Positions 17,006 through 23,749 of a stretch of DNA of 23,749 bases are shown piece by piece (within the stretch, counting starts at the first letter, position 1; the number at the start of each line of letters is the position of its first letter). Below the pieces are notes generated by a model. The model did not search any database and was not told the DNA's origin. It saw nothing but the letters and a program-made list of their open reading frames with translations. The stretch is from positions 1 to 23,749 of the forward strand of contig JASLXV010000012.1 of the NCBI GenBank assembly GCA_030740155.1, read 5' to 3'. The stretch comes from Dehalococcoidia bacterium (GTDB lineage Bacteria; Chloroflexota; Dehalococcoidia; Lucifugimonadales; UBA3495). The position numbers and the translations under genes are program-made.

Positions 17006-18607
17006 CTACCAGCCGACGGCGCAGCCGTCCTTGCGAGGCTCCGAAGCGCCCCGCAGCACGCCGGTCTCACGGTCCCGCTGGATTAGCTGGGCGCCGCCGA
17101 ATCCCCCCAGAATCAACTGCTGGTATCCCCGGGCGATGCCCACCCGGTGGCCCCGGCGTTCCAGATCCCCAACCACTTCGGCTGGGATGCCTTCTTCCAG
17201 AGCGACCGAGTCCTCGGTGACCAGGAACCGGAGAGCATTGAGGGCCGGCTGGGGGTCCATGTCGAAGTCCACCATGTTGCTGATCACCTGCATGTGGCCC
17301 TGGGGCTGCATGAGGCCCCCCATCACGCCGTAACACAGGTACAACTCCCCGTCCACCGTGGCCATGGCCGGAATAATGGTGTGGTACGGCCTCTTGTTGG
17401 GGGCCAGGGCGTTGGGGTGGGCCGGGTCCATGGAGAACAGGGCCCCCCGGTTGTGCAGCACGATGCCGGTGTCCGGCACCACCATGCCGGTGCCGAAGTT
17501 GACGAAAATGCTGTAGATGAACGAGCAGGCGTTGCCCTCGCGGTCCACGGTGCTGATGTAAACGGTGTCGCTGCCGCGGCCGACCTCGCCGTAAGGAGCC
17601 GAGGCCATGGCCCGTTGCGGGTCGATGAGCGCCCGGCGGGCCTGGGCGTAGCTCTTGGAGGCCAGTTGGCTGGTGGGGACCTGGGCTTTGCTCGGGTCTG
17701 CCACGTAGTGAAAGGCGTCGGCGAAGGCCAGCCGCATCGACTCGATCAGGTGGTGATAAGCGTCGGCGCTCTGTGCGCCCATGCCGGCGATGTCGAAACC
17801 CTCGGCGATGTTCAGCGCTTCCAGGGCGGCGATGCCTTGGCCGTTGGGGGGACATTCCCAACAGGTGACCCCCCGGTAGTCCGTTGAGATGGGTTCTTCC
17901 CAGTCTGAGGTGTGGCCGGCCAGGTCCTCGGTGGACAGCCAGCCGCCCTGCTCCTGAACGAAGGCGGCCATCTTCCGGGCAATCTCCCCATGGTAGAAGG
18001 CTTCGGAGCCTCCCTCGGCGATGGTGCGAAGGGTCCGGCCCAGGGTGGGCACGCGCATTACCTCGCCGTGGGCCGGCGGACGGCCGTCCCGGAGCCACTC
18101 CTGGCCCGAGGGCAGCCGGGCTAGCTTATCCTGCTGTTTGGACCACTGGAAGGAGATGATGTCGGAGACCGGGAAACCCTCTTCGGCGTATTGGATGGCC
18201 GGCTTTAGCAACTCCGAAAGGGGCATGGTGCCGCAGGCTTTCAGGAGGGTCTCCCAGCCGTGGACCGCGCCGGGGACCGTTATGGAGTGGACCCCGGTCT
18301 CCGGAATCTGATCATGCCCCTGGGACCGGAGCGATTCCAGGGAAGCCGCCGCCGGGGAACGCCCGCTCCCGTTGATGGCCCGCACCGTCTTCTCTTTATT
18401 GTTCCAGACCAGGGCGAACATGTCGCCGCCAACACCGGTGGACACGGGCTCGACAACGTTGAGTACCGCCGCGCTGGCGATCGCCGCGTCCACGGCGTTG
18501 CCTCCGTCGATCAGAACGCGCAGCCCAGCCATCGCCGCCAGGGGCTGGCTGGTGGCCACCATCCCATTGGTTGCCAGGACCGTTGAACGCCGGGAATCGA
18601 AGAACAT
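17006..18607 (-). CDS. ggt: Gamma-glutamyltransferase family (Ntn hydrolase)
   Basis: Motifs GMVATSQPLA, GGNAVDAAIA, PPNGQG, nucleophile Thr in SDTVY, KRPYHTIIP, GVMGG and EPRKDG. Confidence 0.95.
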   Translation of the reverse strand: MFFDSRRSTVLATNGMVATSQPLAAMAGLRVLIDGGNAVDAAIASAAVLNVVEPVSTGVGGDMFALVWNNKEKTVRAINGSGRSPAAASLESLRSQGHDQIPETGVHSITVPGAVHGWETLLKACGTMPLSELLKPAIQYAEEGFPVSDIISFQWSKQQDKLARLPSGQEWLRDGRPPAHGEVMRVPTLGRTLRTIAEGGSEAFYHGEIARKMAAFVQEQGGWLSTEDLAGHTSDWEEPISTDYRGVTCWECPPNGQGIAALEALNIAEGFDIAGMGAQSADAYHHLIESMRLAFADAFHYVADPSKAQVPTSQLASKSYAQARRALIDPQRAMASAPYGEVGRGSDTVYISTVDREGNACSFIYSIFVNFGTGMVVPDTGIVLHNRGALFSMDPAHPNALAPNKRPYHTIIPAMATVDGELYLCYGVMGGLMQPQGHMQVISNMVDFDMDPQPALNALRFLVTEDSVALEEGIPAEVVGDLERRGHRVGIARGYQQLILGGFGGAQLIQRDRETGVLRGASEPRKDGCAVGW

Positions 18608-18675
18608 ATCCAGACCGCTTCGCCGGTAGTTTTGCGTTCACCTCGGGCCTTCCAGCCGGGGGTGAAGGCTGGGCC

Positions 18676-18728
18676 ATTCTAACATATCTAACATAGAGGG
18701 AGTGCGGCCGGATACGCTGTGATAAAAT
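18676..18728. promoter_or_regulatory. Divergent promoter region for ggt and the peroxiredoxin
   Basis: Extended -10 TGtTAGAAT on the minus strand (18676-18684) and TGaTAAAAT on the plus strand (18720-18728). Tandem TCTAACATA x2 at 18678-18695. Confidence 0.5.
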
Positions 18729-18812
18729 TATCTGGACCCCTTCCCCATACTCTAACTCTATTCAACCGGCCGGCAATTGGCCGGTTGTTGTTGGCTATTA
18801 GGAGGCTACACC

Positions 18813-19286
18813 ATGGCTGTGGATGTTGGACAACCGGCGCCCGAGTTCTCCTTGTATGACACCGATCGCGGCCGGAGGTCGTTGGGCGAATTCAAGGGAA
18901 AGAACGTGGTCCTCGCTTTTTTCCCCGGGGCATTCACGGGAACCTGCACCACCGAGATGTGCGCCCTGCGGGACCGGGCGGACCAATTCAACTCCTTGAA
19001 TGCCCAAGTGCTGGGCATCAGCGTCGATCCCCCCTTTTCCCAGAAAGTCTGGGCCGAGAACAATGAGTTGAATTTCCCGGTCCTGAGCGACTTCAACCGG
19101 GAGGTGGTAAACCTGTACGACATCGCCCTCCAGGACCTGGCGGGGCTGGAAGGTTACGTGGCCGCCAAACGGGCCGTGTTCGTGCTGGACAAGGGCGGCG
19201 TGGTCCGCTACAAGTGGGTGGCCCCGGCTCCCGGCAAGGAGCCGCTGTATGACGAGATCAAGGAAGCCCTGGACAGGCTGGCCTAA
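18813..19286 (+). CDS. Peroxiredoxin (AhpE/BCP-like)
   Basis: Contains FFPGAFTGTCTTEMC (PxxxTxxC), GISVD and RAVFVLD. RBS AGGAGG before ATG 18813. Confidence 0.93.
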   Translation: MAVDVGQPAPEFSLYDTDRGRRSLGEFKGKNVVLAFFPGAFTGTCTTEMCALRDRADQFNSLNAQVLGISVDPPFSQKVWAENNELNFPVLSDFNREVVNLYDIALQDLAGLEGYVAAKRAVFVLDKGGVVRYKWVAPAPGKEPLYDEIKEALDRLA

Positions 19287-19445
19287 CGGCGCCGGCAGCG
19301 CCGGCGGGACGTGCCGGTTCCTCCGGGAGGGTTTCCCCGGCCCGGTCGAAGGATGAATCGTCTCGGAGCCCGTGGCGGGTCTCTTTCCCAAGGGCCGGGA
19401 ACCGCCGCGTTGCGCGGAATCCGGCTGACGACAGCTAGAATGCGC

Positions 19446-19454
19446 TGCTATAAC
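19446..19454 (+). promoter_or_regulatory. Extended -10 promoter for the pst operon
   Basis: TGcTATAAC, with CTGACG 18 nt upstream of the hexamer. Confidence 0.45.
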
Positions 19455-19525
19455 GCGAGTTGCTGACCATAAGCTCTAGCGGTGGTAGACTGAAACCGGC
19501 AAGTGTGAAGCGCGGCAAGGGGAGA

Positions 19526-20533
<1,008 letters not shown>

Positions 20534-20655
20534 TCCGCCGGCGGGTTCCCCGCTGGACCTACTTGTAAACTGAGGAGCGTGGACTTATCCTAGGTGGGGA
20601 AGGTTCGCGGACCCTCCCTGCAGCTAACGCCTCCTCTAAGGAACGGGAGACAACC

Positions 20656-21606
20656 TTGGCAAGGGATGAACCGATCGGCCAGCAGGCCGCCGCCGCGGAT
20701 TTGCGCCGGTCCTTCCGGCCCAAATGGCGAAAGCTCCTCCCTGAACGCATTGCCCGGACTATTCTCCTTCTCTGTAGCGGCGTCTCGATCTTGACCACCG
20801 CCGGCATCGTCTTGGTGCTGGTATTCGAGGCCTTCCAGTTCTTCAGGGAAGTTTCAGTCCTTGAGTTCGTCACCGGCACCAAGTGGACGCCCCTCTTCGC
20901 CTCAAAGCAGTTCGGCGTGTTGGCGTTGGTGGCGGGCACCACGCTGGTGGCGATCGGGGCGATGGTGGTGGCGTTGCCGCTGGGGCTCCTGAGCGCCATT
21001 TACCTTAGCGAGTATGCACCGGACCCCATCCGGCGGACCGTCAAGCCGATCCTGGAGATACTGGCCGGGATACCCACGGTGGTGTACGGGTACTTCGCGC
21101 TGCTGTTCGTGACGCCGCTGCTGCGGGGAATCTCCGAGGACATCGCGGTCTTCAACGGCCTCAGCGCCTCCATCGTCATGGGCATCATGATACTGCCCAT
21201 GGTTTCCAGCCTCAGCGAAGACGCCATGCGCGCCGTGCCCCGCGCTTTGCGGGAGGGGGCCTACGCGCTGGGGGCCACGAAGCTGGAGGTCTCCACCGGG
21301 GTGGTCATCCCGGCGGCTCTGTCGGGGATCGTGGCGTCCTTTATTCTGGCTGCCTCTCGGGCCATCGGGGAAACGATGATCGTAACCATCGCGGCCGGCC
21401 AGAACCCCAGCTTCACCCTCAACCCGCTGGTCCCCATCGAGACCATGACCGCCTACATCGTGCAGGTTAGCTTGGGGGATACGCCGACCGGCACCCTGGA
21501 GTACAAGACTATTTTCGCGGTGGCGTTGAGCCTATTCGCCATTACGCTGCTGATGAATCTGCTGAGCCAGTATGTCGTTCGCCGGTTCCGGGAGGAGTAC
21601 GAGTAA
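20656..21606 (+). CDS. pstC: Phosphate ABC transporter permease
   Basis: Motifs [10 protein letters not shown] and [10 protein letters not shown]. Operon position fits. Confidence 0.95.
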   Translation: MARDEPIGQQAAAADLRRSFRPKWRKLLPERIARTILLLCSGVSILTTAGIVLVLVFEAFQFFREVSVLEFVTGTKWTPLFASKQFGVLALVAGTTLVAIGAMVVALPLGLLSAIYLSEYAPDPIRRTVKPILEILAGIPTVVYGYFALLFVTPLLRGISEDIAVFNGLSASIVMGIMILPMVSSLSEDAMRAVPRALREGAYALGATKLEVSTGVVIPAALSGIVASFILAASRAIGETMIVTIAAGQNPSFTLNPLVPIETMTAYIVQVSLGDTPTGTLEYKTIFAVALSLFAITLLMNLLSQYVVRRFREEYE

Positions 21607-22490
21607 TGGCGGCGATCACTCCCTCTGAATTCAGGAAGAGGATGGCTCGGCGCAAATGGCAGGGCCGGGTGTTTCATGGCTTGTGCCTGCTGGCCGTGTG
21701 TATCGCCCTCACCATGCTGGCGGTGATGTTGATCTACATCGTCGCCCAGGGTTGGTCCAGGGTGAGCTGGAGCTTTATCACCAGTTTTCCCTCCCGGCAT
21801 CCGGACCGGGCCGGCATTCAGGCCGCGCTGTTGGGCAGCATCTACTTGGTGGCCATCGCCGGGGTGGCGTCCTTCGTGTTGGGGGTGGGCGCCGCTATCT
21901 ACCTGGAGGAGTACGCCGCCCGCAGCCGGTTTGCCCGGATCGTGCAGATCAACATCTCCAACCTGGCCGGAGTTCCGTCCATCGTCTACGGGATACTGGG
22001 GTTGGAGGTGTTCGTCCGCAGCATGGACCTCGGCAAGAGCGTTCTAGCCGGCGGGCTCACGTTGGCCCTCTTGATCCTGCCCATCATCATCATCGCCGCC
22101 GAAGAGGCCATCCGCGCCGTGCCTCCATCCCTTCGGGAAGGCGCCTATGGGTTGGGGGCCACCCGGTGGCAGGCGATCTGGCACCTGGTGTTGCCCCAGG
22201 CCTTCCCGGGCATTCTGACCGGGGTGATTTTGGCGGTGAGCCGGGCCATCGGGGAGACCGCTCCCCTCATCGCCATGGGGGCTTTGACCTTCGTGCCCTT
22301 CGCGCCCGACGGCCTCCTCAGCCGGTTCACGGCGCTGCCCATCCAGATTTTCAACTGGACCTCCCGTCCTCAGGCCGGGTTCCACGAAGCCGCTGCCGCC
22401 GGTATCATCGTGTTGCTGGTTGCCCTGGTAATCATGAACGGGGCGGCGGTCATCGTCCGGAACAAGTTTCAAGGCCCAAACGCAGGGTGA
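21606..22490 (+). CDS. pstA: Phosphate ABC transporter permease
   Basis: Motifs NLAGVPSIVYG and RAIGETAPL. TAATG coupling to pstC. Confidence 0.95.
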   Translation: MAAITPSEFRKRMARRKWQGRVFHGLCLLAVCIALTMLAVMLIYIVAQGWSRVSWSFITSFPSRHPDRAGIQAALLGSIYLVAIAGVASFVLGVGAAIYLEEYAARSRFARIVQINISNLAGVPSIVYGILGLEVFVRSMDLGKSVLAGGLTLALLILPIIIIAAEEAIRAVPPSLREGAYGLGATRWQAIWHLVLPQAFPGILTGVILAVSRAIGETAPLIAMGALTFVPFAPDGLLSRFTALPIQIFNWTSRPQAGFHEAAAAGIIVLLVALVIMNGAAVIVRNKFQGPNAG

Positions 22491-22493
22491 CAA

Positions 22494-23267
22494 TTGCAGC
22501 AGGATGATTCGATACTGCGCACCGAGGAATTGTGCGTGTTCTACGGCCCCAAGCGGGTGGTGACCGAAGTCACCCTCGACTTTCTCCGCAACCGGATCAC
22601 CGCCATTATCGGGCCCTCCGGCTGTGGCAAGAGCACCCTCCTGCGGTGTCTCAACCGCATGAACGACCTGATTCCCTCCTTTAACCTGACCGGCAAGGTG
22701 TTGTTCGAGGGGCAGGACCTGTACGCTCCGGGGATTGACCCAACCGAGATACGCTACCAGATCGGCATGGTTTTCCAGCGGCCCAATCCATTCCCCAAAA
22801 GCATCTACGATAACGTTGCTTTTGGCCCGCGCATCAACGGTTTCAGCGGCAACCTGGCTGAGTTGGTGGAGCGGTCACTTCGCCGGGCCGCCTTGTGGGA
22901 TGAGGTGAAGGACCAGCTCAAGGGGAGTGCTCTGGCCCTGTCCGGAGGCCAGCAGCAGCGGCTCTGTATCGCCCGGGCCCTGGCCGTCGAACCCAGGGTC
23001 ATCCTGATGGACGAACCGTGCTCCGCCTTGGACCCGATCGCTACGCTGGCCATCGAGGAGTTGATGCGGGAACTGTCGGAGCGGTATTCGATCGTCATCG
23101 TGACCCACAACATGCAGCAGGCGGCGCGGGTATCGAACTACACCGCCTTTCTCATGGCCACCCAGGACCGGATTGGCGAGCTGATCGAGTACGGCGAGAG
23201 CCGGCAGATGTTCACCAACCCCAAGGACGAGCGGACTGAGGCCTACATCACGGGCCGGTTCGGCTAG
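22494..23267 (+). CDS. pstB: Phosphate ABC transporter ATP-binding protein
   Basis: Motifs [39 protein letters not shown] and YITGRFG. Confidence 0.97.
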   Translation: MQQDDSILRTEELCVFYGPKRVVTEVTLDFLRNRITAIIGPSGCGKSTLLRCLNRMNDLIPSFNLTGKVLFEGQDLYAPGIDPTEIRYQIGMVFQRPNPFPKSIYDNVAFGPRINGFSGNLAELVERSLRRAALWDEVKDQLKGSALALSGGQQQRLCIARALAVEPRVILMDEPCSALDPIATLAIEELMRELSERYSIVIVTHNMQQAARVSNYTAFLMATQDRIGELIEYGESRQMFTNPKDERTEAYITGRFG

Positions 23268-23294
23268 CTACGCCGATACAATAGGCAGCCGCTG

Positions 23295-23395
23295 TGGTTC
23301 GACGGGCTCACCACGAACGGGGAATCCTCGACGAACGGGGAAATCCAGGTCAGCGGGGAGATTCCGTACCAAAGGGGAGTATCCGTTCGTCCTGA
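23295..23395. repeat. REP-like doublet: TGGTTCGACGGGCTCACCACGAACGG with truncated inverted partner CCGTTCGTCCTGA
   Basis: Same family as 2253-2277. ACGAACGGGGAA is duplicated at 23313 and 23331. Confidence 0.65.
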
Positions 23396-23616
23396 CGAGC
23401 GTTACGCAATTAAACCTTTCCGCTTCACCTTAGAGCGAGAGTTGGTACGGCGGTAGGCTGAGATGCTCTCCGAGCCGAGAGACATCGATGAGGCGACGAG
23501 CCTGATTCACCGCCAACGGTGGACTGAGGGGTTGCCGGTACTTCCCCTCAGGATCAAGTAATCCACCGATGGTGTGGCCCAGGGCGGCCCTTTTTTTTTG
23601 TACTTCTCCTGTCGCC

Positions 23617-23660
23617 GTCAAGGGAAAATGTCAGGGTTTTCGGTCAAGGGATTATGTCAG
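23617..23660. repeat. 18-bp direct repeat GTCAAGGGAWWATGTCAG x2
   Basis: Copies at 23617-23634 and 23643-23660 are 16/18 identical. Confidence 0.7.
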
Positions 23661-23749
23661 TTGCGTTTACTCCGGTGGTTACGCTGGGCTGGTGTTTAGG
23701 ATAGGTGGGCGGAATGGTAGCCGCAGCATACTTGCGGGCAGTGTTCCGA

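Noticed and set aside
18813..19286. Second selenoprotein (peroxiredoxin)
   Set aside because: Both Cys codons are TGC and there is no in-frame TGA.

Overview
GC-rich bacterial window. Gene style suggests Chloroflexota (Dehalococcoidia/SAR202-like), but this is inference only. Intact core genes encode a hotdog/MaoC-like protein, an Fmt-fold formyltransferase resembling the 10-formyl-THF hydrolase domain, an orphan DppB permease, a PPi-type phosphofructokinase, an SDR, a CCG-domain Fe-S protein, a gamma-glutamyltransferase, a peroxiredoxin and a complete pstSCAB operon. The main hidden feature is a two-domain rhodanese/sulfurtransferase (8215-9045, minus strand) that the ORF track truncates. 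Its catalytic Cys codon is an in-frame TGA, followed by a SECIS-like hairpin and the conserved C-terminus, so it is a probable selenoprotein. A moxR-DUF58-transglutaminase-like operon carries three lesions (TAG, +1 frameshift in a G7 tract, TAA), and its transglutaminase lacks the catalytic Cys. Two mobile-element scar regions (about 160-1650 and 9180-10460) hold an IS3 right end, three fragments of one TGT...ACA-ended element, a DDE transposase relic and an HTH relic. REP-like repeats, several clear promoters and a candidate structured RNA after pstB are also present.
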